DNA from: an uncultured Candidatus Saccharimonas sp.
GTDB lineage: Bacteria; Patescibacteriota; Saccharimonadia; Saccharimonadales; AWTP1-31
DNA: 64,000 bases
Assembly: GCA_943354005.1 (NCBI GenBank)
Contig: CALRBE010000002.1
Location: 25,810 to 89,809, forward strand
Direction of reading: 5' to 3'
Under the pieces are notes generated by a model. The model did no database searches, was not told the origin of the DNA, and saw only the letters and a program-made list of their open reading frames with translations. Shown here piece after piece: positions 1 to 10,281 of this stretch. Each line of letters begins with the position of its first letter. The stretch's first letter is position 1. A program made the position numbers and the translations under genes.

Positions 1-574
1 AGGTACTGAATTTAAACCCTTTGTCTGGGTCAAACTTTTCTACAGCGCGTAGTAAGCCGGTATTTCCTTCTTGAATAAGATCAAGTAGATCAAGTCCTCT
101 TCCAACATAACGCTTAGCAATGCTCACAACTAGTCGCATGTTTGCTTCAGCCATCTGGTCTTTAGCTTCTTTATCGCCTGCAACGACACGGTTTGCTAGT
201 GCTAGTTCCTCGTCGGCCTTAAGTAGTGGTATCTTTCCAATTTCACGCAAATAAAGTCGCACTGAGTCGTCTGCAACGTCGTCAAGATATACTTGGTCAG
301 TTACAACAACTTCTTCATTGTCCTCAGCAACCCATGCATCACTAAACTCGGTTCCTGCAGGATCAGATGCAGTAACGATTTTAATATTATTGTCTGCAAG
401 CTCAGTATAAAGACGGTCTAGGATATCTACGTTATCCGGTGAATCAGGAAATACTTCAGTGATATCACGCTGTTTAATCTCTCCGGCTTTTTTTGCTTTG
501 TCTACTAGACTAGCTCTAAGCTGTTCAACTGTTATAACTTCTGGTTCTTTTTTTGGTGCAGATTTCTTTGGCAT
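1..574 (-). CDS. rpoD: RNA polymerase sigma-70 factor RpoD, N-terminal part (C-terminus lies beyond the window start)
   Basis: Minus-strand translation starts [13 protein letters not shown] at the ATG at 574..572. It runs open to position 1 through [53 protein letters not shown], which is sigma-70 region 1.2/2. The start overlaps the dnaG stop (TAATG). Confidence 0.9.
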   Translation of the reverse strand, partial: MPKKSAPKKEPEVITVEQLRASLVDKAKKAGEIKQRDITEVFPDSPDNVDILDRLYTELADNNIKIVTASDPAGTEFSDAWVAEDNEEVVVTDQVYLDDVADDSVRLYLREIGKIPLLKADEELALANRVVAGDKEAKDQMAEANMRLVVSIAKRYVGRGLDLLDLIQEGNTGLLRAVEKFDPDKGFKFST

Positions 575-2340
575 TATTTTGTAGTCTCCTTAGCTGATTT
601 TAATAGTACATCAAGTTTTTTTGCTGTTTCGAGTAATGCATCTAACTCTTCGTCGTTAGCCTGTTGCATCGATATCGCAAGGGCAGCTTTTTTTCGTTTT
701 ACGTACGTTTCTATCTGGCGGACCTGCAACCGAGCGGCTTCGTAACGAAGCTCTATAACCTCGAGGCTCTGATAGAGTTCTTCATATAATAATGATAAAA
801 TTGTACCATATTCTGCCAACTCTTGCAAAACACCAGATTCGCTACTTGTCTCGAACTGAAGCTCTGGGTTTGCCTTAATAGTAAAAAGTAGTTTCTGTGC
901 TTTCTCTTGAGTAAACATTTCGGGAGTTAAAGCGCCTAGGTAAGTCCGTAGACTTGGGAGAAAAAGACCAAGTGACAGTAACTTATTTTCAGCCTTAATC
1001 TGATCTGCATTCTGACTTCCAACAGAAGGCATTGGTTGTACATATTTATACTTTTTTTGTTCAGGGCTAACAGCTATTTTTTTACTTTTCTGGCGTAAGG
1101 CATCAACGCTTACATCAAGTATCTTTGCAACCTTTACATAATAATGGTCCTGTTCTACGCTATCATCTATGTTACTTATTATTTCGAGTGTCTTATCGCT
1201 AAAAGCTCGTTTTCCCTGCGCACTTGTTAGATCAAGCTGTTTTGAATAAATTGATATGATCCAATCAATCACATATTGAGGCTTTGTAACGACCTCTCTC
1301 CAGGCATCAGGATCTTTTTTACAGAGATCGTCTGGGTCTTTACCTTCCGGCACACTAACGATACTTAAATTGACTCCTACTTTGCTTGCAATAGGTATGG
1401 CACGTTCGGTAGCTTTAAGACCGGCATTATCTTGGTCAAATGCTAGGCGTATATCAGAAGTAAACCGACTCAGCGCCTTTAGATGCTGTTCGGTTAGTGC
1501 AGTACCGGCCGTAGCTACAACATTGTGCACTCCAGCCTGATGACTAGCAATAACATCTAAGTTACCTTCTACTACGATAACGTAACCAGCCTGCCGAATT
1601 GCGTCCTTTGCTAGATGTAGTCCGAAAACATGACGACTTTTATCATAAACTGGGCTCTGCGGTGTGTTTATGTACTTAGGCGCCTCAGGATTGGAATCTA
1701 GTTGACGTGCGGTAAAACCAATAACCCTACCAGTGCCGTCCATCAGTGGCACCATTAAGCGTCCGCGGAACATATCGCTGAAACCCTTGTATCGCTTCGT
1801 ACCAAGCCCTGCAAGCTTCATTAGGCTCTCAGCAAAGCCTTTTGTTCTTAAAAATGTCACGAGTGCAGTATCTTGGCTAGGAGCGTAACCCAACCTAAAT
1901 GTTGTTGCTGTTTGTTTTGTAAATTTTCGCTCATTAACAACATAATCGAGTGTCTTTTTACTTCGACTTAAATGTACTTGATAAAACTTAGCGGCTAGTT
2001 CAAGTATTTCGTGTAGCGACTCTTTTTGTTTTCCGGCAGTTCCGCTACCTTTTGATTGGAATTTAGAAAGATCTACTCCTGCCTGACGTGCTAATAATTC
2101 TAATGTTGCTTTGAAGTCGATGCCCTCACGCTCCATTACAAAACTAAACATATCTCCACCCTTACCGCTACTAAAGTCATGCCAGATCTGTTTTTCTGGA
2201 CTTACCATGAGGCTGGGAGTCCTTTCCTGGCTAAACGGACTGAGTCCTTTAAAGTTTCTGCCGGAACGCTTAAGCTCTAGATATTGACCGACAACATCCT
2301 CAATACTCAAACGGCTCTTGATTTCTTCTACAGCGTCCAT
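574..2340 (-). CDS. dnaG: DNA primase DnaG
   Basis: 588 aa. It has the N-terminal zinc-ribbon region, a TOPRIM core ([17 protein letters not shown] ... [12 protein letters not shown]) and sits in the dnaG-rpoD operon order. Confidence 0.9.
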   Translation of the reverse strand: MDAVEEIKSRLSIEDVVGQYLELKRSGRNFKGLSPFSQERTPSLMVSPEKQIWHDFSSGKGGDMFSFVMEREGIDFKATLELLARQAGVDLSKFQSKGSGTAGKQKESLHEILELAAKFYQVHLSRSKKTLDYVVNERKFTKQTATTFRLGYAPSQDTALVTFLRTKGFAESLMKLAGLGTKRYKGFSDMFRGRLMVPLMDGTGRVIGFTARQLDSNPEAPKYINTPQSPVYDKSRHVFGLHLAKDAIRQAGYVIVVEGNLDVIASHQAGVHNVVATAGTALTEQHLKALSRFTSDIRLAFDQDNAGLKATERAIPIASKVGVNLSIVSVPEGKDPDDLCKKDPDAWREVVTKPQYVIDWIISIYSKQLDLTSAQGKRAFSDKTLEIISNIDDSVEQDHYYVKVAKILDVSVDALRQKSKKIAVSPEQKKYKYVQPMPSVGSQNADQIKAENKLLSLGLFLPSLRTYLGALTPEMFTQEKAQKLLFTIKANPELQFETSSESGVLQELAEYGTILSLLYEELYQSLEVIELRYEAARLQVRQIETYVKRKKAALAISMQQANDEELDALLETAKKLDVLLKSAKETTK

Positions 2341-2582
2341 GTCTCTAGTCTATATCTGATCGAGCAAACCTGAAAGCACTACTAGTATTAAATAATTGTT
2401 ACTTTAATTGTTTAACAAGTAGCTAGAGTTCTCTAGCTTTTTGCTGTGCTGCTTCTAGTATCTGCCCTATTTGTCATTTATCCATACCAATTACCATTTC
2501 GGGCTTAACGAGAGTATGCCTTACTAATAATACTTATTCGGCAAGCACAATAAGGTTTTGTTACTTCTCTGCTTATGGTTAA

Positions 2583-3218
2583 ATGTATTGTATGCAACCA
2601 GATCAACAATCAGGATCCAATCAAGCACCTTCTACACTGCCTCAGTATGACTTCATAATGAACCCCGGATCCCAACAAAAAAAACCTAAGTTTGGTCTTC
2701 CAAGTGGCAACTCCACAAAGCAACGTGTCCTTATTGTTGTCGGAGGAATTGGTGTCTTACTAATAGTAGGATTCATAATAATGTCTCTTCTAGGTGGAGG
2801 GTCTGGCTCAAAAGACAACTTAACCCTTCTCGCACAACAGCAGAATGAAATTATTCGCATAACTGAAGCTGCCCTAAATGGAAAATCAATTAGAAATAAT
2901 ACTACCTTACAGGCAACATCCACGATTGGTCTTGTGATCCAGAGCGAGCAGAATCAAACTTTAGCTTTATTTGCCAAAAAACCTAATCCCAAAACATTAG
3001 GTCTCAAGAAGAGCGCAAAAACAGATGCAGTACTTTTAGCCGCTACACAGAATAATACTTACGATGAAACGCTACTAAACACCCTACAAACACAGCTCAC
3101 TCAGTACCAACAGCAGCTTAAGCTAACTTTTGACTCTACAAAATCAGATAAAGAAAAAATCGTAATAAATAGTGCCTTCAAAAGCACTGGCATACTTCTA
3201 ACTATCCCTACGAAGTAA
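2583..3218 (+). CDS. hypothetical single-pass membrane protein (Q/N/T-rich)
   Basis: 211-aa ORF with one hydrophobic helix (VLIVVGGIGVLLIVGFIIMSLL). No family recognised. Confidence 0.45.
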   Translation: MYCMQPDQQSGSNQAPSTLPQYDFIMNPGSQQKKPKFGLPSGNSTKQRVLIVVGGIGVLLIVGFIIMSLLGGGSGSKDNLTLLAQQQNEIIRITEAALNGKSIRNNTTLQATSTIGLVIQSEQNQTLALFAKKPNPKTLGLKKSAKTDAVLLAATQNNTYDETLLNTLQTQLTQYQQQLKLTFDSTKSDKEKIVINSAFKSTGILLTIPTK

Positions 3219-3576
3219 ACGTTGGTCGAGCATTATCTGCTCCCCGCGCCAGGTCATAGCTATGCTGAATAAATCCTTTAACCTCTTCCCAGTCAATTTC
3301 ACCACTTAAAATAATTGTATTCCAATACTTCTTATCCAGCTTATATCCCTGCATTACAGTGACATATTTTTCACGTAGTATCCTCGAGAGTCTAGGGTCG
3401 CATTTAAGACTTAATTGCACAGGGTCAGAATCAATAGCAATCAGTGCAAACATCTGAGTATCTTCTGGGTTATTATCGTCCGGAGTGAAATACACTGCCG
3501 TTTCTTTACCGTATGGAAAGTCTTTAGTTGCCCCAGTAAAAGATAGTAGATACTTATTGACTGTTTTGAAGTCCAC
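3208..3576 (-). CDS. MmcQ/YjbR family DNA-binding protein
   Basis: 122 aa. N-terminus LLSFTGATKDFPYGKETAVYFTP and C-terminal YWNTIILSGEIDWEEV are typical of the YjbR/MmcQ fold family. Confidence 0.65.
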   Translation of the reverse strand: MDFKTVNKYLLSFTGATKDFPYGKETAVYFTPDDNNPEDTQMFALIAIDSDPVQLSLKCDPRLSRILREKYVTVMQGYKLDKKYWNTIILSGEIDWEEVKGFIQHSYDLARGADNARPTFTS

Positions 3577-4130
3577 TAAGCAATTTCCTTGAAACGTTTA
3601 ATGTAGTCCTGTAGCTCAGCGATTGATGCCTGAATATCGTCAAAAGCTCGATGGTTAGAGTCTTTTTCGAATACATATTTGTACTTGCCTTGCATCAGAA
3701 TCTTAAAGCTACTGACATCAAGCATTCGGTAATGTAACCTGGAATCTAGCTTTGGCCAATGAGCTTTAATAAATGCCCTGTCGCTGTGAATTGAGTTTCC
3801 CGCAAGTATCGCAGGTTCAGCACCAAAGTGATCCTTTACTAGTGTTACAAGCTCTTGCTCAGCGACATCAAGATCTATGCCGTTATCTAAATTATCGACA
3901 AAGCTGTTACGATTTTTTGGATACTGTTGCCACCATTTATTAGCTTTCATACGATCAATAACAACTTCTTTAGATTGCTTGATCCTAGCTTGATAGCTGG
4001 CGATTGGATTACAATCAAAATCTGTAATCTCAGCAGCAATCTCAAGAATGACATCTTTTGTAGCATCTAGACCTGTCATTTCGAGATCCACCCATAAAAG
4101 CTTGGTGGGAATCATATTTTTATCTTTCAT
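3576..4130 (-). CDS. orn: oligoribonuclease (DEDDh 3'-5' exonuclease)
   Basis: 184 aa. LLWVDLEMTGLD (Exo I), AGNSIHSDRAFI (Exo II/III) and a size typical of Orn. Confidence 0.85.
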   Translation of the reverse strand: MKDKNMIPTKLLWVDLEMTGLDATKDVILEIAAEITDFDCNPIASYQARIKQSKEVVIDRMKANKWWQQYPKNRNSFVDNLDNGIDLDVAEQELVTLVKDHFGAEPAILAGNSIHSDRAFIKAHWPKLDSRLHYRMLDVSSFKILMQGKYKYVFEKDSNHRAFDDIQASIAELQDYIKRFKEIA

Positions 4131-4154
4131 GGTTGCTAGTATACAGGAGTCGTC

Positions 4155-4730
4155 TTACTTTTTTTTGAGTAAGCTAGACATTGCCCTTCCCCAATCGTCA
4201 AGTTGCGTGAACTCTGTTCGTAAAACTTTATTAAGGTTCTCGTCTTTACAGGTTCCCTTTTCATCAATAATATCTTGAGCTCTTCCTATAGTTAGGCCAG
4301 TCCTAACAGTAGCTACTGCAAGTGTCGCAAGAATGTTACGCAAATGTTCAATAGCCCGTGCTCCTCCAGTTGAAGAGGTTGAATAACCTACAAGGGCTGC
4401 AGGCTTATTTGCCCATTCTGGATATAGCCAGTCGATGGCATTTTTAAGAGGCGCAGGGACACTATGATTATATTCAGGTGTAATTATTAAATAGGCATCT
4501 GCCTCTTCTATAGATTTAGACCAAGCCTGAACTTTTGGATTAGGGTATTTTCTGTCCATTTCGGCAGGCACACTTATCTCGTCATAAAAAGGCAGGCTAA
4601 TTTTTTTGAGATCTAGAACTGTAATATCCCAATCTTTCATTTCTTTTGACGCTAGCTCCACCCATTGCGCAACTCGCTCACCAAGACGGTGTGACCGAGT
4701 ACTTCCGATAATTATTGCTACTTTTAACAT
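4155..4730 (-). CDS. NADPH-dependent FMN reductase family oxidoreductase
   Basis: MLKVAIIIGSTRSHRLG... flavodoxin-like N-terminus. Start moved to the ATG at 4730, which is preceded by GGAG (revcomp of ttgtttctcc). Confidence 0.75.
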   Translation of the reverse strand: MLKVAIIIGSTRSHRLGERVAQWVELASKEMKDWDITVLDLKKISLPFYDEISVPAEMDRKYPNPKVQAWSKSIEEADAYLIITPEYNHSVPAPLKNAIDWLYPEWANKPAALVGYSTSSTGGARAIEHLRNILATLAVATVRTGLTIGRAQDIIDEKGTCKDENLNKVLRTEFTQLDDWGRAMSSLLKKK

Positions 4731-4768
4731 TTGTTTCTCCTTAGCTTCCATTATACATGGAAGATCTA

Positions 4769-5218
4769 TTAGAGGTCAGCAAGTGCTTCATAACCGACCT
4801 TAGCAGCAATTGCATATTCGTCTGGACTAGACTGATATGAACTAAATACCTGGGCTTCTAGCTCAGTGGGCGTAATAGATTCAATTTCCGGGCACGCTGT
4901 AAAGTCGTAGGTCGTTTCAAGACCACGAAGAGGATTATCACCGTTACGCAAATGAGCGTCAAAATGCTTTGCCATGTCTAGCCTTGACTCAACATCCTCA
5001 GGATCTATTCCATTACTCGTTGCATAGTCATGTATAGCTAAGATTATGTTATCGGCAAGTGCACCTACAAGTTCATTTATCCAGGAATTGTATTCTGTCT
5101 TTTCACGTTCCTCAAAACGAATCAAAGCATCCATTGCGTCACTTAGCTTTTGCTGAGCAATAAGCTCCCGCCTATCAGGGGTTACTGTTTCGAAATTGTT
5201 TTGAGTAATAATATCCAT
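4769..5218 (-). CDS. hypothetical acidic protein
   Basis: ORF with the likely ATG at 5218 (MDIITQNNFETV...). No recognisable motif. Confidence 0.4.
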   Translation of the reverse strand: MDIITQNNFETVTPDRRELIAQQKLSDAMDALIRFEEREKTEYNSWINELVGALADNIILAIHDYATSNGIDPEDVESRLDMAKHFDAHLRNGDNPLRGLETTYDFTACPEIESITPTELEAQVFSSYQSSPDEYAIAAKVGYEALADL

Positions 5219-5264
5219 AGTTTGTAAGTGTAAAATACTATAACACAATTAATTGATTTAGGGG

Positions 5265-5657
5265 TTACTGATTGCCTGCAGCGTCAATATATAGTCTCAA
5301 ACCCTGAAGCGCAACATAGTTCGGGTCATTGATAGCGAACGGGTTCACTTCACCGTCATGGAGGGTGGCTTCATTGGTTTCTATAGCTCTTATTTCAGCT
5401 GTGATGCAATTAGTAAGATCACTTAGACGAACGCATCGAGTTTCTCCGGTCGTTCGTTCAATAATGTCTGATGCTTCTTGTGCACAATCAAGGTAATTAA
5501 AAAGACCGCCAACTACATAATCATACGCCCTGCGTTGTTCTTCAGATTCAACTGGCACACCTAAAGCAATATTGCCTGCATCCCAAACTATCCCACGCGC
5601 AGCAGGAATGCTAAGACTTTCATTTTTAGAGTTGCTTGAAGAAGGATCAAAATTCAT
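5265..5657 (-). CDS. hypothetical protein
   Basis: 130-aa ORF, co-oriented and adjacent to the previous orphan gene. No recognisable motif. Confidence 0.4.
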   Translation of the reverse strand: MNFDPSSSNSKNESLSIPAARGIVWDAGNIALGVPVESEEQRRAYDYVVGGLFNYLDCAQEASDIIERTTGETRCVRLSDLTNCITAEIRAIETNEATLHDGEVNPFAINDPNYVALQGLRLYIDAAGNQ

Positions 5658-5706
5658 TTGCGTAATATATCATATTTACCTATTAATGTCAAAGTAGCCA
5701 TGTATA

Positions 5707-6096
5707 CTAAGTCTTCTTGAAATCTAGGGCGACTGAGTTTATACAGTAGTGGGTTCCACTTGGTGAATCATTGGCCGGAAAAACATGACCAAGATGACTG
5801 CTGCATTTCGAGCACAGGACCTCTTGCCTCTTCATGCCTGCACTGTTGTCGTCAACAATTTTTACGACGCCCTTTTTTAACACATCTGAAAAACTTGGCC
5901 AACCAATAAGTCCCGGTTCTGTAGATTCATATTTTTCGTCGCTACGAAACAGCTCTTGACCGCATGCCCCACAAACATATGTACCATTATCTTTTTTATC
6001 GAGAAACTCACCCGAGAATGGCGCTTCGGTGGCATGGCAACGCAGCACATTATATTGTGCTTTTGAAAGCTTCTTCTTCCATTCGGCGTCATCCAT
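5707..6096 (-). CDS. msrB: peptide-methionine (R)-S-oxide reductase MsrB
   Basis: 129 aa. Two CxxC pairs (CGACGQ, CSKCSS) plus GWPSF and HLGHVF, the SelR/MsrB signature. Confidence 0.9.
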   Translation of the reverse strand: MDDAEWKKKLSKAQYNVLRCHATEAPFSGEFLDKKDNGTYVCGACGQELFRSDEKYESTEPGLIGWPSFSDVLKKGVVKIVDDNSAGMKRQEVLCSKCSSHLGHVFPANDSPSGTHYCINSVALDFKKT

Positions 6097-6111
6097 AATT
6101 GATCCTTTTTT

Positions 6112-6516
6112 TTAGAATAGTTTTGTATATACAGTGTACGTTATAGAGGATATTGCTGCTGTTAAGAATGTACCCCAGATAAGATCAATAATGACTATCC
6201 TGAGAGGAAAACCCTTAATGGTTGCATAGTTAGTTAGGTCATAAGTCATATATGTAGCAAACCCAAATAGAGCCCCCCTAGTGGCTGCCGTCTGAAGTGA
6301 TCCGCCTTGAAGTGCGGGTTGTAATACGAAAAATATTACAAATCCAAGGAATAATAAATAGAACAAAATAGCACCAGCCCATTTAACATCATTGGTTAAA
6401 AGACCTTTCAATTCCTTAGCGTACAAATTTTTTGCGATCAGACCAAGCCACAGGCCATCGATAGCTACAAAGGCAGCTAGTGCGATCGCATAGAGCGCTA
6501 CGTAGTTAATTTTCAT
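6112..6516 (-). CDS. DUF2177-like small integral membrane protein
   Basis: 134 aa with four predicted TM helices. The N-terminus (IALAAFVAIDGLWLGLIAKNLY) resembles the DUF2177 family. Confidence 0.5.
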   Translation of the reverse strand: MKINYVALYAIALAAFVAIDGLWLGLIAKNLYAKELKGLLTNDVKWAGAILFYLLFLGFVIFFVLQPALQGGSLQTAATRGALFGFATYMTYDLTNYATIKGFPLRIVIIDLIWGTFLTAAISSITYTVYTKLF

Positions 6517-6572
6517 GTTTTATACTCCTTGTGCTTACTATATGTATATATTACACGAATTGGGATTATTTT

Positions 6573-8246
6573 TTACATCTTGTTGGGAGCGACTATTCCA
6601 AGTAAATCTAGGCCTTTTTCTAAGACATCGGCGTAGGTTGTGACCAGTTGAGCACGAAAACTTTCGCGTGGGTCGCCGACCACCCGTTGGTTTTCATAGA
6701 ATCTGTTAAACTCTTGGGCTAGTTCATAGAGATAATTAGCAACAATATGAGGCGACAGTTCAGTCGTGGCGCGCGTAATAACATCTTTGTAGTCTAGGAG
6801 TTTGTTAACAAGATTACGCTCCCCTTCTTCGATATCGATAAACTTATTATCTACTGGGTTTATTTTAGATAGAATACTGCGAGCTCTAGCGTGCGCGTAC
6901 TGCAAATAAGGACCGCTATTACCCTCGATTGCTACTGCTTCAGCTGGATCATATACGATATCGCCACCAATTCGGAATTTTAAAAATCCGTATTTTATTG
7001 CAGCGAGTACATTGTCATGAGTATGACCGTGTTCAGCTTGAGCACTTGCCTGTTCAGCTGCGTCAATTATATCGCTAGCTCTTAGAATATTACCTTTACG
7101 GCTGCTCATTTTGAGACCGCCAGGAAGTTTAATAATTCCATGTGTTAAGTGTCTTGTACGTTCGGCTGCTTCAGGGTAAAAGTTAGAAACGACCTTTAGT
7201 ACGACCTTCATATATTCGGATATTTCATTAGCTGTAATGATAACGCTTATATCAAATTTGTATTCATTCCACTTCTGAGAAGCTAGCCCAAGGTCTTTTG
7301 TCTCATATAATGGTATACCTTGTGAGTTTATAAATACACGAGTGTGCAGCCCATGGTCTTCACCCTTGAATACAATAGCCCCTTCAGAGGATACAAACAC
7401 TCCCTTGGACACTCCTTCTTCCACGAGTCGGGTTCCCTCTTCTACGACTGAGCTTTCAGGTATATATTTTTCAAACGGCTTAATCGCCAGCTGCTGATAC
7501 AGATTGTCGAACCCTGCATAGCTCCAAGTTCTACAAGTCCAATATATTTGAGCGAATGCACTCTCCTTATCTGACTCGGCATGTAAGGCGTATACCCTTG
7601 CATTAGCTGCAATAATCTCAGCCTTAGATTTTTCACTATCTTCGTATGCATCATTTCCTTCAACGTAGCGAGCACTTAACCAATCGAGCCTATCTTTTTC
7701 CGGCACTTTACTAAGTTCTTCAGGGTTTTCGCCTCCAATAAACTGGCAGATGGCCCACATAGTCATTCCGACATGAAGTCCAAGATCGCCTCCGAAATTT
7801 AATCGGTGGACTTTAGCCCCAGCCTCTTCAAGTAGCCTTGCGACAACGTCTCCGACTATTGTGGTGTAGAGATGTCCTGCATGCAGAACTTTAAATGGAT
7901 TAGGGTCTGAATACTCGGCTAATACCACTTTTCCCTGCAATTTTTTTGGTACATTCGTAGCTGATTTCAATTGCTCAATAAGCGTAGCGTCGTTAATTTT
8001 TAGGTTAATGAATCCTGGTCCAGCAATCGTTAGCTCAGCTATATTGTGATTAGCTTCATTCTGTATCGCTTCCTTAATCTTTTCGGCAACTTCCCTAGGG
8101 TTTAGTCCTTCTTTTTGGGCTATTTGTAGAGCAATATTTGTAGCATAATCACCAAACTTAGGGTCAGGACGAGTCAGAACAACGTCTTGCTTTGTGCCAA
8201 AAAGTTGTTCAACAATTGCTTCAATCTGTTTTTGTATGTCTTCCAT
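6573..8246 (-). CDS. argS: arginine--tRNA ligase
   Basis: 557 aa. HIGH-like HAGH, KMSSRKG (KMSK loop) and a C-terminal DALR anticodon-binding region. Confidence 0.95.
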   Translation of the reverse strand: MEDIQKQIEAIVEQLFGTKQDVVLTRPDPKFGDYATNIALQIAQKEGLNPREVAEKIKEAIQNEANHNIAELTIAGPGFINLKINDATLIEQLKSATNVPKKLQGKVVLAEYSDPNPFKVLHAGHLYTTIVGDVVARLLEEAGAKVHRLNFGGDLGLHVGMTMWAICQFIGGENPEELSKVPEKDRLDWLSARYVEGNDAYEDSEKSKAEIIAANARVYALHAESDKESAFAQIYWTCRTWSYAGFDNLYQQLAIKPFEKYIPESSVVEEGTRLVEEGVSKGVFVSSEGAIVFKGEDHGLHTRVFINSQGIPLYETKDLGLASQKWNEYKFDISVIITANEISEYMKVVLKVVSNFYPEAAERTRHLTHGIIKLPGGLKMSSRKGNILRASDIIDAAEQASAQAEHGHTHDNVLAAIKYGFLKFRIGGDIVYDPAEAVAIEGNSGPYLQYAHARARSILSKINPVDNKFIDIEEGERNLVNKLLDYKDVITRATTELSPHIVANYLYELAQEFNRFYENQRVVGDPRESFRAQLVTTYADVLEKGLDLLGIVAPNKM

Positions 8247-8293
8247 TGCTCTTATTTTACCTGCAAAACGATAAACTGACCACTGATGCTTGG

Positions 8294-8965
8294 CTATTTA
8301 TGTTTTTTGAACTGTAGAATAGATGCAAAACGACATATTATTGCGTACAAAGAACTAATAAACACAAAGAATAAAGCAGTCGTAAGGAAAGACTGCCCAT
8401 ATGCCCCTGGGTTTATAAACTGGTCTGTAACGTCAAAGAGTATTCCTGCTGGATTAATTAATACATCCCATGAATTCCAACGTAAGTACCTACCCAGATA
8501 TATTGCAAAGCTACAGGCCAAGAATACTATTCCAAGTACAATTCGCACATCCCTGATTTGTAACCTTTTTTTGAGCTCCTGATGAACCTGAGCAATACTG
8601 ACGTATCCGAGCATAAAGCCGTTAAGACTGAATGAAAACAGTAGTACTGCGTCATACAACAGTGAAGAATTTGCCGTATGTTGGAGATGAATAAAATCTG
8701 TAACAAGATAAAAGCTATTCGGTAAAAAGCCAATCCAAAGGATTGTAGTCAATATCGTCTGCCAACGTAGCCATCTATGTGATTTTAACTGTTGTACGAG
8801 AATCCATGAAAACAGTAGTGGTAGCCATGCAAGTAGCAGGTTCCAGTTAAGATACCAGTAGTCGTTACTTTGAAAATAAAGTGCTCTAAAAATAAACAGC
8901 GCAATACTTCCGAGACTCGCCAACGCCATTGTCTTAAGGACATATTGTCTATGCATACCTAACAT
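8294..8965 (-). CDS. DUF1361-like polytopic membrane protein
   Basis: 223 aa, multi-TM. The NWNLLLAWLPLLFS motif is typical of DUF1361. Confidence 0.5.
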   Translation of the reverse strand: MLGMHRQYVLKTMALASLGSIALFIFRALYFQSNDYWYLNWNLLLAWLPLLFSWILVQQLKSHRWLRWQTILTTILWIGFLPNSFYLVTDFIHLQHTANSSLLYDAVLLFSFSLNGFMLGYVSIAQVHQELKKRLQIRDVRIVLGIVFLACSFAIYLGRYLRWNSWDVLINPAGILFDVTDQFINPGAYGQSFLTTALFFVFISSLYAIICRFASILQFKKHK

Positions 8966-9005
8966 TATACCCTGCTACCAATAAATACTGCGGTATAATA
9001 AAACC

Positions 9006-9635
9006 ATGAAGTTACTTGACCAGTTTATCGATATTATTCGTAATGCAATAAAAGCGCTGATGTCCGCATTGGCAATTACTCTAAATAAAGCGACTGGCGG
9101 CAAACTTTCAGCAGATGTTATTACACTGATTGGTCTTTTTTCCCACATCCCTATCGCCTGGCTTATAGCTATTCAGAAAAACTATCTAGCAGCTGCGCTT
9201 TTAGTCTTCTTTGGCCTCTTTGATAGTGTCGACGGGGCACTTGCTAGGGCACAGAAAAAATCTAGCAGTCGAGGTATGTTACTTGATGCCAGCACAGACC
9301 GAATTAAAGAGGTTATCCTATATATCGGTGCTAGTAGCGCTCTGGTTGCATCAGGTTACGCTGGATGGGCCGGTTGGGCAGTGGCAGCTTGTGGTGCATC
9401 GCTTGTAGTTAGCTACGTAAAAGCCAAGGGCGAGACTGCTATATCTGACAAAAAATTAAGTCCGAGTGATATAAACCGTATCTTTGCAGATGGCATAATG
9501 CGCTATGAAATACGCATGTTTGTCTTAATCGTCGGACTTTTATCTAATACACTGCGCTACGCTCTAGTATTTATTGCCGTCACTAGTGCTATCACGGCAA
9601 TTGGAAGATTCCATAAAATCAGCCAGAAGCTATGA
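9006..9635 (+). CDS. CDP-alcohol phosphatidyltransferase family protein
   Basis: Exact family signature D-x2-DG-x2-AR-x8-G-x3-D-x3-D, read as FDSVDGALARAQKKSSSRGMLLDASTDRI. Polytopic membrane protein. Confidence 0.8.
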   Translation: MKLLDQFIDIIRNAIKALMSALAITLNKATGGKLSADVITLIGLFSHIPIAWLIAIQKNYLAAALLVFFGLFDSVDGALARAQKKSSSRGMLLDASTDRIKEVILYIGASSALVASGYAGWAGWAVAACGASLVVSYVKAKGETAISDKKLSPSDINRIFADGIMRYEIRMFVLIVGLLSNTLRYALVFIAVTSAITAIGRFHKISQKL

Positions 9636-10279
9636 TAAAAATAGATCTCCATACGCACTCTATTGGATCTACAGATGGAGGTATTACAATAGAGGAATAT
9701 GGCAGACTTCTAGATGATAAAGTCCTAGATATGATTGCAGTTACCGATCATGACTCAATCGAGCAGGCGCTAGTAATTCAAAATAAGCTAGGTCCTAGAA
9801 TTATTATTGGTGAAGAAATAACTAGCCTTGAGGGAGAAATCATTGGTCTCTTCCTGAATCAAAAGGTCGAGCCAGGACTAAGTGCTATAAAGACCGTACA
9901 GGCAATAAAATCCCAAGGTGGTCTTGTTTATATACCTCACCCTTTTGAAACCGTACGCAAAGGAATAACTCAGTCAGCAATTGACAGTATTTCTGATGAA
10001 ATAGATATTGTTGAAGTTTATAACGGTCGTGCTGTGTTTCAGAATAAAGGACCGCAGGCACTTACCTGGGCAAGGCTTCATAATAAAATTGGTGCCGCTA
10101 GTAGTGATGCTCATGGATTAAAAGGCATTGGAACCACATATTCTTCAGTCGAAAGTGTTCCCACTAAAGAGTCCTTCCTCGAAGTGCTTAAGACGGCACG
10201 ACTAACAACTAAGCGCCCTCCTCTCTTAAGCCTATTCTATCCAAAATACAATCGCTTTCGTGCTAAAATAAAAAAATAA
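9632..10279 (+). CDS. PHP-domain metal-dependent phosphoesterase
   Basis: IDLHTHSIGSTDG ... AVTDHD ... PHPF ... SSDAH histidine/aspartate clusters of the PHP fold. The start overlaps the upstream stop (ATGA). Confidence 0.75.
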   Translation: MIKIDLHTHSIGSTDGGITIEEYGRLLDDKVLDMIAVTDHDSIEQALVIQNKLGPRIIIGEEITSLEGEIIGLFLNQKVEPGLSAIKTVQAIKSQGGLVYIPHPFETVRKGITQSAIDSISDEIDIVEVYNGRAVFQNKGPQALTWARLHNKIGAASSDAHGLKGIGTTYSSVESVPTKESFLEVLKTARLTTKRPPLLSLFYPKYNRFRAKIKK

Positions 10280-10281
10280 AC

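Noticed and set aside
2421-2442. Palindrome AGCTAGAG-tt-CTCTAGCT followed by TTTTT in the dnaG upstream region
   Set aside because: It resembles a plus-strand terminator, but there is no plus-strand gene upstream to terminate, and the 2-nt loop is sterically poor. It may be an operator or incidental, and the evidence is insufficient to call a feature.
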